Positions 51,297-60,068 of a DNA stretch of 64,000 bases are shown in pieces. Both the position numbers and the translations under genes were made by a program. Below the pieces are notes generated by a model. That model was given only the letters and a program-made list of their open reading frames with translations, did no database searches and was not told the DNA's origin. Position 1 is the first letter of the stretch, and each line of letters starts with the position of its first letter. This DNA comes from an uncultured Acidobacteriota bacterium (GTDB lineage Bacteria > Acidobacteriota > Blastocatellia > RBC074), in contig CAWCKY010000007.1 in NCBI GenBank assembly GCA_963796275.1, positions 608,001-672,000 of the forward strand, in the 5' to 3' direction.

Positions 51297-52121
51297 TCAT
51301 CTGTCTGCCACTTTGACCTGCGACATGCTATTCAGATATATATCGATCATCTCTTCTTCGCGGGATACTTTACGGCGATCGAGAAAACCGGAGATGACAA
51401 CTACCTTTCCTTCAAGCGACTCGAGATAACGATCTAAATCATGGTTTTTATCTTCCCTTCGTTCGAGCCTCACGAGCTTCTCTCCGTTATGGGCATTCGC
51501 GTCAGGGGTACTGATGTAATAACAGTTGCTTCTATGAAAAAGTGTGCCTCTAACTTCCAGCTTGACGTAATCCAATTGATCCTGAGTAATTACTTTATGC
51601 TCTTCAATGAATTGAGTTCTGACCACTACAGTTCCTGCGATGACATCATGCAAAGCGCGCCTTTTCTCATTTGTTAACATGGTTACAAATTCAGCTATGA
51701 ACCAGCCCAAACCTACGTTTCCTATCGAGTTGGTCAGCAATTCCATAGTAGATAATTCAACATCGCCGCTAAAGAATTTCTGGAAGAGGAAAAGTATCAG
51801 CTTGATAGTACAGAGCCCACCATACACACCTTCTCGCAGGAACGCTTGGCGCAGCGATATTGGGGATTCGGTAATGTCTACCACTTTTATCCCGGCGACC
51901 TTTTTGCCGACGGTTTGGCCATAGTACCCATGCATAAGGACGTTGTAGACCCAATACGCCGAATGACTAACAATCGCCCACTCAACTACCACTTGAGTGG
52001 ACGGGTCGGAAGAGGTGAACAGCTTCTCTATCAATGCGATGGGCATTAGCACAAGGCCGTCTATGAAGCCAGCTATTAGGCGAGGCCAGAATGTTCTGTA
52101 CTTGAGTCGGGGAGAGCTCAT
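51297..52121 (-). CDS. RDD family protein with an extra C-terminal soluble domain
   Basis: FWPRLIAGFID, GQTVGK, KRRALHDVIAGTVVV. Confidence 0.85.
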   Translation of the reverse strand: MSSPRLKYRTFWPRLIAGFIDGLVLMPIALIEKLFTSSDPSTQVVVEWAIVSHSAYWVYNVLMHGYYGQTVGKKVAGIKVVDITESPISLRQAFLREGVYGGLCTIKLILFLFQKFFSGDVELSTMELLTNSIGNVGLGWFIAEFVTMLTNEKRRALHDVIAGTVVVRTQFIEEHKVITQDQLDYVKLEVRGTLFHRSNCYYISTPDANAHNGEKLVRLERREDKNHDLDRYLESLEGKVVVISGFLDRRKVSREEEMIDIYLNSMSQVKVADR

Positions 52122-52274
52122 GATATTAGCCTTTACTCCTTTTATCGTTGTCGTGAGAAGTGTCTTGTGCGGCAATTCAGCTACAATTTCGCACACAGAT
52201 ATTTTGGCTGTCTGGTGACTCTATAAATTACAAACCGCTCGTTCTCTTTCATATGGCAGTAAAATGAACGACCA

Positions 52275-52454
52275 TCAGTAACGACCGTCACGTGTGATGA
52301 ATGGCTCCATTGCGTGGTCGCTGTAACCACTTATCGTAATTCGCTCTGAATTGCCGAAGCCCATGTATTCGCGCTCTCTTTGCGATGCAACGGTTACCGC
52401 CGCCGATTGGCACGCTGTGAGAGCGAGCAATAATACGACTGTGATTTTATACAA
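52275..52454 (-). pseudogene. Truncated lipoprotein gene fragment (PD40/TolB-like start)
   Basis: TTG start, LLLALTAC lipobox, ...GYSDHAMEPFITRDGRY* ending at the start of a propeller-like repeat. Confidence 0.45.
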
Positions 52455-52500
52455 GGGAACCGCCTTTTAGGCTGTAAGTTCTGTCGGAAAACCGCAGCAA

Positions 52501-53076
52501 TTAGTGTATCTTCTTTCCATCGTTGAGCATACTGACGAACTTCTCGATGCGTCGTTCGCGCGTTTCAGGCTTCTTCGCATCATGAATTCGATACAAAATA
52601 GCGTACCTGTTCTTGCTGTCGAGATTGGCAAAGAACTCACTGGCTTGCGGATTCTCATCCAGCTTCTTCCGAAGGTCATCCGGCACGGCCATGGTGCGTG
52701 GTGAATCGTACGCCTTATCCCACCGGCCATCACTCTTAGCTAACTCAATCTCTTTGAGCCCGGGAGTCTTCATCTTACCCTGTGCGATGAGGTCTGTGGC
52801 CTTTTTGCAGTTTATCTTCGACCACTTGCTCTTCGGCCCCCGCCGCGTGAATCGCTGCAACCAAAAGTTGTCATCGATTGACGCCGCCTGGCCATCGATC
52901 CAGCCATAGCAGATAGCGGTATCCAGCACTTCCTGGCGGGAGACAGACTTGATCTTTGAGCTCTTCTTTGTGAGCTTGATCCAGATTCCGTCAGATGTCG
53001 CGTGATTCTTCTGAAGCCACTCTTCCCAATCCTCTTGAGAATCGAATTGAATTATCGGTTGACTTTTCTTCGGCAT
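52501..53076 (-). CDS. YdeI/OmpD-associated family protein
   Basis: EWLQKNH, CYGWIDG, SKWSKIN, AKKPETRERRI. Confidence 0.9.
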   Translation of the reverse strand: MPKKSQPIIQFDSQEDWEEWLQKNHATSDGIWIKLTKKSSKIKSVSRQEVLDTAICYGWIDGQAASIDDNFWLQRFTRRGPKSKWSKINCKKATDLIAQGKMKTPGLKEIELAKSDGRWDKAYDSPRTMAVPDDLRKKLDENPQASEFFANLDSKNRYAILYRIHDAKKPETRERRIEKFVSMLNDGKKIH

Positions 53077-53085
53077 ACTTACTTC

Positions 53086-53850
53086 TTATGGCCTTACACA
53101 TTCAAAAATAAAACTCTCGTCGTTGTCATCAGGAGCACGGAATTGATATGCCTTGAAGGTTTTGATATCTCTAAATCCCGCGGCAACCAGTAAATCATGG
53201 AATTCTGTCTGATCATAAAATCGAAGATTGAAGTCTTCAAACTCGGTCTCCACCAATTCGCTGCCTCGGCATAGATCGTAACGATGAATGCTTCGAGAGA
53301 CCCGTTCGCCCTCGTTATACGCACTGAGCTGGCTGATGATTATCTTCGCTCCATCGGAACGCTCCACCCATCTTCCACTCCATGATCCTGTGCCCGCCGG
53401 CGGCAGCGATGACGGCAATCGCTCGATTTCAACCACGAACGTAGATCGCGGAAGCATCAGTTCATATATCCGTTTCAGACCCTCTTTGATTGCGTCATGC
53501 TCGGTGATGAGGCAGAAGGACCCTGCGGGTATCATCACCAGTCCGTAGCGGCGAGGCATTACAATCCGTTCAAGAAATTGCTCATACAGACCCAGCTTCA
53601 GCCCTTTGCGTGCGCAATGTTCACGGCAAGCCTGGAGCATATATGGGGAAGCATCGGCGCCATCGATATCAAAGCCCCGCTCGAGCAGGGGGATCAAAAA
53701 TCGCCCGGAACCACACATAGGCTCTAAAATAGGGCCATTTGATTTCTGCGCGTAGTGCAGGAAAAAGCTAAAGGCATCTTCCGGAGGGGCGGGTTTGTCT
53801 ATCTCATAAAATTCTGTGCAAAGTCTTTTGTAACTGTTCACACTTTTCAC
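53086..53850 (-). CDS. Class I SAM-dependent methyltransferase
   Basis: ILEPMCGSGR motif I; GADASPYML. Confidence 0.88.
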   Translation of the reverse strand: MKSVNSYKRLCTEFYEIDKPAPPEDAFSFFLHYAQKSNGPILEPMCGSGRFLIPLLERGFDIDGADASPYMLQACREHCARKGLKLGLYEQFLERIVMPRRYGLVMIPAGSFCLITEHDAIKEGLKRIYELMLPRSTFVVEIERLPSSLPPAGTGSWSGRWVERSDGAKIIISQLSAYNEGERVSRSIHRYDLCRGSELVETEFEDFNLRFYDQTEFHDLLVAAGFRDIKTFKAYQFRAPDDNDESFIFECVRP

Positions 53851-53891
53851 TGGCCTTCCTGTAACTCGCTGAAGCCCGGAGGTCTTATCTT

Positions 53892-55085
53892 CTACGCGCC
53901 GACGATTTGCTGCATGTTTTCTGGCGAATAGAATTCCGGGATCGATACCGTGCCCGCGATAGTTCCTACGAATCTGTCGGTTTGCGCTTGATTGCCGCGC
54001 AGAGCAGCAAGCATCTGCCGCATTTGCGGCGGGAGCGGCTCAAGGGTGGCAAATTGGCATGAAAAATCATACATCGGGAGCGCTTCCTCGTTTCGCCGTC
54101 GCTCATAAGCCGCGAGTGCAACTTCTAACGGCTGCTGTCCGGAAAGCCCGGCATCAATAGCTTCAGCCAGCAGCTCCGCGCTGCGAAATGCATCAGTGAT
54201 CCCCTGGGCCGTTATCGGGTCCTTGTGATACCCGGCATCTCCCGCTAGAGCCCAGCCTGGTCCATACGGCTTACGGAAGAAGTTCGGCACATCCGCCGTC
54301 CCGATGAATTTCTCCTCGCGCCTGCCCTGTCTCAATCGCTCCGCAAAATCCGGGGAGAGGGCGATCGTCCTCATAAAATTTCCTTCAATGTCCTTACGAA
54401 ATTCGTGAAACTCGCGATTAGTCCATCCGACAACCACGCAGACGAGGCCGTCGTTTGTTTGCATGCCACCAAACGATCGCCTATCACGAGAGTGAAAGGT
54501 TGGCGTCTCAACCGCTGTGCCGCTCCAATATGAGTAGTACCAACAGGCAAGGGACGGCTTATCGTTATATGCGGGAGCTTGAACAGTACGGGCCACGAGT
54601 GATCGCATTCCATCTGCCCCGATCACAATGCGGGCCTTTTCGCTCACCGTCGAGCCACCCTTCGCGTGCCCCCGAATCCCTGTGATGCGGTCTCCGTCCG
54701 CCAGCAGCTCCTGGACGGTGAATCCCTCCCGCAGTTCAGCGCCCGCGTCCACAGCCGCATCGACGAGGATCTTATCGAGGATTCTACGTCGCGGCATGCA
54801 GAATTCGGCAGCTCCATCAAACGACGGAGGATGGCCCGTGAGGGCGAAGTCACCAACATCAAATGAAAATCTGGATTGAGGAGGGCAATTGGAATCAATG
54901 ATCCTGTCGAAGAGCCCCCAGCGTTTGAGAAGAGCAATTCCTGGTTGCCAGACGAGGTGAGTAGAGATGGTATCGCTCGGAAAGGTAGCCCTGTCCACAA
55001 GTAGTACTCTATATCCCTTACCGGCGAGTAACATCGCTGTGGGCGAGCCGGCACATCGCGCACCGACTATTATTGCGTCATACAT
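53892..55085 (-). CDS. FAD-dependent oxidoreductase (geranylgeranyl reductase/FixC-like)
   Basis: IVGARCAG, GADG, LAGDAGYHKDPITAQG. Confidence 0.88.
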   Translation of the reverse strand: MYDAIIVGARCAGSPTAMLLAGKGYRVLLVDRATFPSDTISTHLVWQPGIALLKRWGLFDRIIDSNCPPQSRFSFDVGDFALTGHPPSFDGAAEFCMPRRRILDKILVDAAVDAGAELREGFTVQELLADGDRITGIRGHAKGGSTVSEKARIVIGADGMRSLVARTVQAPAYNDKPSLACWYYSYWSGTAVETPTFHSRDRRSFGGMQTNDGLVCVVVGWTNREFHEFRKDIEGNFMRTIALSPDFAERLRQGRREEKFIGTADVPNFFRKPYGPGWALAGDAGYHKDPITAQGITDAFRSAELLAEAIDAGLSGQQPLEVALAAYERRRNEEALPMYDFSCQFATLEPLPPQMRQMLAALRGNQAQTDRFVGTIAGTVSIPEFYSPENMQQIVGA

Positions 55086-55107
55086 AGGGGACCCTTAAGA
55101 GCTTGTT

Positions 55108-55317
55108 TTAGGTTTTTCGCACAATATAAATGAGCACCCTGTGAAGGGCATAGGGGTCACTGCCTGCTGCTGCAGCGAGTTCATTGATATTATCGCTGCC
55201 TGCAGCTATGTGTTCGGCGATGCGAAGGGGAGCCGCCACGTGAATTCACCATGGAGTACAGAGATCGCTCAGCGCTCCAATATCCGCGCTATTTGCGCTG
55301 GCAAGAGAACCGCCCAT
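55108..55317 (-). pseudogene. O-methyltransferase N-terminal dimerisation-domain fragment
   Basis: MGG...LSDLCTPW*IHVAAPLRIAEHIAAG...ELAAAAGSDPYALHRVL; internal TGA and no catalytic domain. Confidence 0.6.
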
Positions 55318-55357
55318 TACCTTTTCAAGATGCTGTCTTCCGTATAATTCTTTCGGG

Positions 55358-55837
55358 TCATTTCGCCACCCATTTCTCTCGTTGCTCAGGATCGGCTCCG
55401 CTTAATATCTGATTTAAATGATGCTCGAGATGGCGAATATAGTCTCTGACCACGAAGGTCAGCGGTTTTTGCTCTGAGTACCCCATATCGCATTTATTGT
55501 CTAGCATCTCTTGATTCAGGTTCGCCAATACGTGCGAGAGATGCTTGTTGTAAAAGTACCATAGTGATACCAGGTCCGCCCATTTTTCCGATTGATAGGC
55601 TTGTGTGCTCACCCAGAACTCCTGATCGTACTTTATGCTCACGTTCTCCGCCGCATTCTGTAGCCGCACAAATCTCTGATGGTTATTGGCCGCCGAGTCT
55701 ATCAAATGCCCGATAATTTCCTTCATCGACCACTTATCTTCAATCGTCTTCGTACACGCCCTTTCCTCGTCGATTGCCTCTAACTCCAACTTTGTTTTCT
55801 GAATAATTTCGAAAAGATGTGTTGCTTCTGTTTTCAT
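55358..55837 (-). CDS. DinB/YfiT-family protein
   Basis: KWSMKEIIGHLIDSAANNHQRF...DYIRHLEHHL. Confidence 0.9.
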   Translation of the reverse strand: MKTEATHLFEIIQKTKLELEAIDEERACTKTIEDKWSMKEIIGHLIDSAANNHQRFVRLQNAAENVSIKYDQEFWVSTQAYQSEKWADLVSLWYFYNKHLSHVLANLNQEMLDNKCDMGYSEQKPLTFVVRDYIRHLEHHLNQILSGADPEQREKWVAK

Positions 55838-55943
55838 TATTATTTTCCCGGTGTTATTTCCTACGGTTGAGCCATTGCTACTGGTTATCAAAATCACATT
55901 GAGCTATTTTTAGGAATACATTGCGACAACCTGAAAGGAGGAT

Positions 55944-56405
55944 TTACTTGCGCTTCTTGGCTGGTCGCGCCGCAATCATGCGAACTGCGCTTTCGACGCG
56001 GCGTGCGCGGGTTTCAGGCTTTTTTGACCCTTCGATCGCTTCGACGTGTTCCCGTTGATGCGTAAAGCTCAGTTCCTGCCATCGGTCCCAGGCCGGTGGC
56101 GCCGCCTTCAGGGCCTTGATGAGATCATCGGGCGGCTCTATCTCTCGCTTGTCCGTGTCGAGCTCGATTTTGACATCGATCGTCTCGCCGCCTTCCAGGC
56201 CGGCTGCCTCGCGATTGCTCTTGCGAAACGGAATGCAAACAACGCCTCCCATAGAGGCGATCGTGCTCCGGAAGGTGTAGCCATTGAGAGTGACTTTTAC
56301 CGGCGCCCGAACCATACCGAATACGGCCTTCGGATCGAATGGTACGGGCACATAGCACATACTTCCTTCTCGAACGATTTTGACATTTACAACTTTTGAC
56401 GTCAT
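55944..56405 (-). CDS. DUF1905 plus YdeI/OmpD-associated protein
   Basis: VKVTLNGYTFRST; SFTHQREHV...KKPETRARR. Confidence 0.85.
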   Translation of the reverse strand: MTSKVVNVKIVREGSMCYVPVPFDPKAVFGMVRAPVKVTLNGYTFRSTIASMGGVVCIPFRKSNREAAGLEGGETIDVKIELDTDKREIEPPDDLIKALKAAPPAWDRWQELSFTHQREHVEAIEGSKKPETRARRVESAVRMIAARPAKKRK

Positions 56406-56564
56406 TTCATCTCTTCCTGTCGTTTTGTAATCCGTGAATCCTGTCTGTATTTACAACGTTTCAGAGCTATCGAACACGCCTGAAGTTCTTGCCTGCGTCT
56501 TATGCTCATCGTTCTGCTACTCGATCATGGGCAGCCAGGAGGGCAGCCAGGATGGGCAGCCAGC

Positions 56565-57125
56565 TTACACGAACCGATGATTCTTTAAAAACACATTTGC
56601 ATCGCCCTGTGTGTAGAAAACGAGGCGCACCTCTTCCAGCAACCGATCACCAGCGAGAAAACCGCCTATTGCTTCTGATGCTACCAACGCCGCTTCCTCG
56701 CGCGGATAACCGTAAGCCCCCGTCGAGATCGATGGAATCGCTATCGTTTTGATACTGTGCTCGACTGCGAGGGCAAGCGACTTTCGATAACAGGCAGCCA
56801 GTAATTCGGCATCTCTTCCGCCCGAGCGGCCTTTTATTGGGCCGACGGTATGTATCACGTATCGTGCCGCAAGGTTCCCGCCGGTCGTAATGATAGCCTC
56901 GCCCGTAGGCAGTCCGTTGGGGAAGCGTGTGCGGCGCATTTCTTTACATTCTTCCAGGATGTTCGGACCACCAGCATAGTGAATCGCGCCATCCACGCCG
57001 CCACCGCCCATGAGAGTAGAATTGGCGGCGTTGACTATAGCGTCGACTTTTTGTTGTGAAATGTCGCCGACAAGAATGGACACTCGACCGTTGAGAAAAG
57101 ATTTAAGGACATCAGGGCTATTCAT
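56565..57125 (-). CDS. ymdB: Macro-domain O-acetyl-ADP-ribose deacetylase (YmdB-like)
   Basis: GDI, NAANSTLMGGGGVDGAIH, IHTVGP, ISTGAYGYP. Confidence 0.9.
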   Translation of the reverse strand: MNSPDVLKSFLNGRVSILVGDISQQKVDAIVNAANSTLMGGGGVDGAIHYAGGPNILEECKEMRRTRFPNGLPTGEAIITTGGNLAARYVIHTVGPIKGRSGGRDAELLAACYRKSLALAVEHSIKTIAIPSISTGAYGYPREEAALVASEAIGGFLAGDRLLEEVRLVFYTQGDANVFLKNHRFV

Positions 57126-57161
57126 AATCAGCCTACATTTGCTTCATTTAAGCGGAGTTCT

Positions 57162-57626
57162 TCATTTCAATTTTTGTTCAATATGGCTCGGCTCAAATGT
57201 GTGGGTCGTGTGTTCGGTAACGCTCGGTGCGGCGTCAGTTATCCATGACGTCTGCACTTCGCCGAGCTCATTCATCGCTTTCTCTTGCAGTCGTCCAGTG
57301 CCGAGCACTTCTTTAGCGCGCCGCCTGGGACCCAGTAACTTCCAGATGAATACGCCTTCGATCGCAAGCATCAGCAGAAAGATGACAATCGGGAAGGCGA
57401 TTGTCAGAGCCGGGTTGAATTCGAGATTTTTCATCACCGCAATCAATCCGATGGTAGCTCCGAGGCCGACGACGAAGACTGCGACGATCGCCCAGATGAG
57501 GGACTCAGGTAAGGTCCCTGCTGACACGGCGATCTCCTCATCATTTGTCCCACTCAACTGCGTGCCGCAGCGCCTGCAGAAGTTTACTCCGCGTGTGACA
57601 GCCGTTCCGCAAGATGAACAATACAT
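57162..57626 (-). CDS. Zinc-ribbon membrane protein
   Basis: CSSCG...FCRRCG, two TMs, C-terminal PSVTEHTT motif. Confidence 0.8.
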   Translation of the reverse strand: MYCSSCGTAVTRGVNFCRRCGTQLSGTNDEEIAVSAGTLPESLIWAIVAVFVVGLGATIGLIAVMKNLEFNPALTIAFPIVIFLLMLAIEGVFIWKLLGPRRRAKEVLGTGRLQEKAMNELGEVQTSWITDAAPSVTEHTTHTFEPSHIEQKLK

Positions 57627-58041
57627 TTCTCTAACCTCCTCTGACCCCCATACGATACATCAATCGCCCAGGTTCAATGACAACTTTCTCGCAAGGCATG
57701 GCTACTGATTGGCTTAGGCTAACCAACCTGCATTTACATCGATGCCCAGGAGCTTTTCCAAGGAACTCGTGCTCGCTGCAGACTTCCGCATCTTCAAGTT
57801 TCAGCTTATGATTGCCGCGAGTTTTTATCATATGCTCGTCCACTCTTTCCATCTACTCAGCAATAAGATCGGGAGAGAACGAGCTTTCCTCCGTATGATT
57901 CATTAACTCGTCAGTATTGACAACCGGTTGTACATCTTCTGAGGGAGAGCGTCCATCTCACCATCTGACGCCTGAAAAATGAAAATGCCCTGGCGAGAGC
58001 GAGGCCCCGCGCGCTCCCAGAGGTTTCCAGAGGAGAGAAAC

Positions 58042-59973
58042 ATGAAGCAAGCAGCCAAGCTTTTTCTTGACCGCAAGATCACGCGTCGCACCTTCGTTTC
58101 GCGCCTCTCGCAAATGGGTTTGACCGCAACGGCGGCTACCGGGCTCGCCCGTTCGCTCGAAGCCAGCCCGGGCAGCCTGGTCGATAGCCCGAGCGGGAGC
58201 ATCGATTCGCCACCTGGCCGCATTGTTGAGGGTATGAGCGGCGGCGAGGTGATGGCTGAATTCCTGATGGAATGGAAAATCCCATACGTCTTTGGACTAG
58301 GCGGATCTGAGGAGGTCGGATTCCTCGATGCATTGGTCGATCGCGTGCAATTGCAATATGTGCAGGGCCTGCACGAGACGGCGGTCATGGCGATGGCCGA
58401 TGGGTATACCAGAATGTCGGGGCAGACCTCGTTCGTGAATCTGCACTCGGTGGCCGGCACCGCCTACGCTCTCGGACAGATAGTGAATGCCTACAAAGAC
58501 CGGATGCCGATAGTTATCACGGCCGGCGATCAGAGTACCAAGATTCGCGGGCATAACGCTTTTCTTGAAGCTGTGAACCTGGCCCAGATTCCGCGGGATT
58601 ATACCAGGTGGCATTGGGATGTCCTGAGCGTTCAGACGATACCCGATGTGCTCCGGCGAGCGTTCCTTTTTGCTCAGGTCCCGCCGGGCGGACCGACCTT
58701 CGTCACCTTCTCCAAAGATATGTGGGAGGAGCGGGTGAAGCGCGTCGAGATTCTGCCGCGCTCGCGGTCACAACTGGAATCATCGTTGCATCCTGACCCC
58801 GGCGCTGTCTCGAAGGTTGTGGACCTGCTGCTGGAGGCTCAATTGCCGGTCATTGTCGCCAGCAGGGAACTGAGCAGGTACGGTGGTGTGAAACAGATCA
58901 AGGAGATTTCTGAGCTGCTGGGCGCTCCTGTATTCTCTGATCTCTTCATCGGGCACAGCCCTATTGCATTTCCGACGACCCACCCGCAGTATGCCGGGTT
59001 TTTTGCGGAAGACCCGAGCTATCCCAACAACTTCGATCTCTACTGGAGCGTGGGGGGAACCATGTTCACGGTTATGGCTGCTCCGCCTGAGCCGCTGGTT
59101 CCACGGACGGCCAAGGTTATTCACACGAGCCTTGACGGCGCCGAGATCGGCCGCAATTATCCGGTCGATGTGATGATGCTGGCGAATGTGAGCCTGGCAG
59201 CCGAAGCCGTCCTCAACGAACTCAAGCGACGGAAATTGCCGGCGACGGTGATCGAGGATCGACGCCGGCGCGTTCACGAATACGCGCGGCAGCGGCGCCG
59301 GAAGCTGGAAGAACAGGCGCGCAGCGTATGGAATAACCAGCCGATTGCGAGTGCGCGTCTGGCGATGGAACTCAACCGGCGTCTGGATCCGAAAGCAGTC
59401 GTCGTGGTCGAGATGCCTACGGAGGAGCAGCTGGCATGCTCATACCTGGATTTCGATCAGAGCGGCGGCGGGCGTCGTCAGCTCACAACTAGCGGCGGCT
59501 GTCTGGGATGGGCAGTTGCGGCTGCGATCGGCGCCAAGATCGCCGAGCCCGATCGGCAGGTCGTAGCGCTTGTGGGTGATGGCGGCTTTCAATTCGGAGT
59601 CCAGGCTCTCTGGAGCGCCGCTCGTTACGAAGTCCCGGTCGGAATAATCATCTGGAATAATAACGGTTATCAGTCAAACCGGCACTTCCTTCACCAGTAT
59701 GGGGGCAGGGCAGCCGCGACCGGGCGGTACGTCAGCTCCTCCCTCGATTCGCCGGAGATCGATCACGTCGCTATCTCCAAAGGGTACGGCGTCGAGGCCG
59801 AGCGCGTGGTCCATCCGGATCAACTGGCAAACGCTATCGACCGCTGTCTTCGAACCATAGGCAGTGGCCGTCCATATCTTCTGGACGTCAAGATCCAGCG
59901 CCGATACGGTGGCGCAGATTCTACCTGGTACGATTTCTTCTCGGTTGCACGAAAACAGCCAAGACAAACATAA
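58042..59973 (+). CDS. ThDP-dependent enzyme (benzoylformate decarboxylase/acetolactate synthase family) with a twin-arginine-like leader
   Basis: LHE..MADGY, GDG...NN ThDP motif; N-terminal ITRRTFV; AGGAG RBS. Confidence 0.88.
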   Translation: MKQAAKLFLDRKITRRTFVSRLSQMGLTATAATGLARSLEASPGSLVDSPSGSIDSPPGRIVEGMSGGEVMAEFLMEWKIPYVFGLGGSEEVGFLDALVDRVQLQYVQGLHETAVMAMADGYTRMSGQTSFVNLHSVAGTAYALGQIVNAYKDRMPIVITAGDQSTKIRGHNAFLEAVNLAQIPRDYTRWHWDVLSVQTIPDVLRRAFLFAQVPPGGPTFVTFSKDMWEERVKRVEILPRSRSQLESSLHPDPGAVSKVVDLLLEAQLPVIVASRELSRYGGVKQIKEISELLGAPVFSDLFIGHSPIAFPTTHPQYAGFFAEDPSYPNNFDLYWSVGGTMFTVMAAPPEPLVPRTAKVIHTSLDGAEIGRNYPVDVMMLANVSLAAEAVLNELKRRKLPATVIEDRRRRVHEYARQRRRKLEEQARSVWNNQPIASARLAMELNRRLDPKAVVVVEMPTEEQLACSYLDFDQSGGGRRQLTTSGGCLGWAVAAAIGAKIAEPDRQVVALVGDGGFQFGVQALWSAARYEVPVGIIIWNNNGYQSNRHFLHQYGGRAAATGRYVSSSLDSPEIDHVAISKGYGVEAERVVHPDQLANAIDRCLRTIGSGRPYLLDVKIQRRYGGADSTWYDFFSVARKQPRQT

Positions 59974-60050
59974 ATTGGGACTGGGGATGGGGGATGTATT
60001 CGATCTTCTCTTCGGCCCCCAGCCCCCAGCTCCAGCCCACAAGCCCCAAT
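59974..60050. repeat. G/C-rich heptamer inverted-repeat hairpin
   Basis: ATTGGGACTGGGGATGGGGGA ... CCCCCAGCCCCCAGCTCCAGCCCACAAGCCCCAAT. Confidence 0.55.
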
Positions 60051-60068
60051 TCTCACAGGAGGCACTCT

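Noticed and set aside
51297-57626. Integron cassette array
   Set aside because: No RYYYAAC...GTTRRRY attC palindromes were seen between genes, and there is no integrase.
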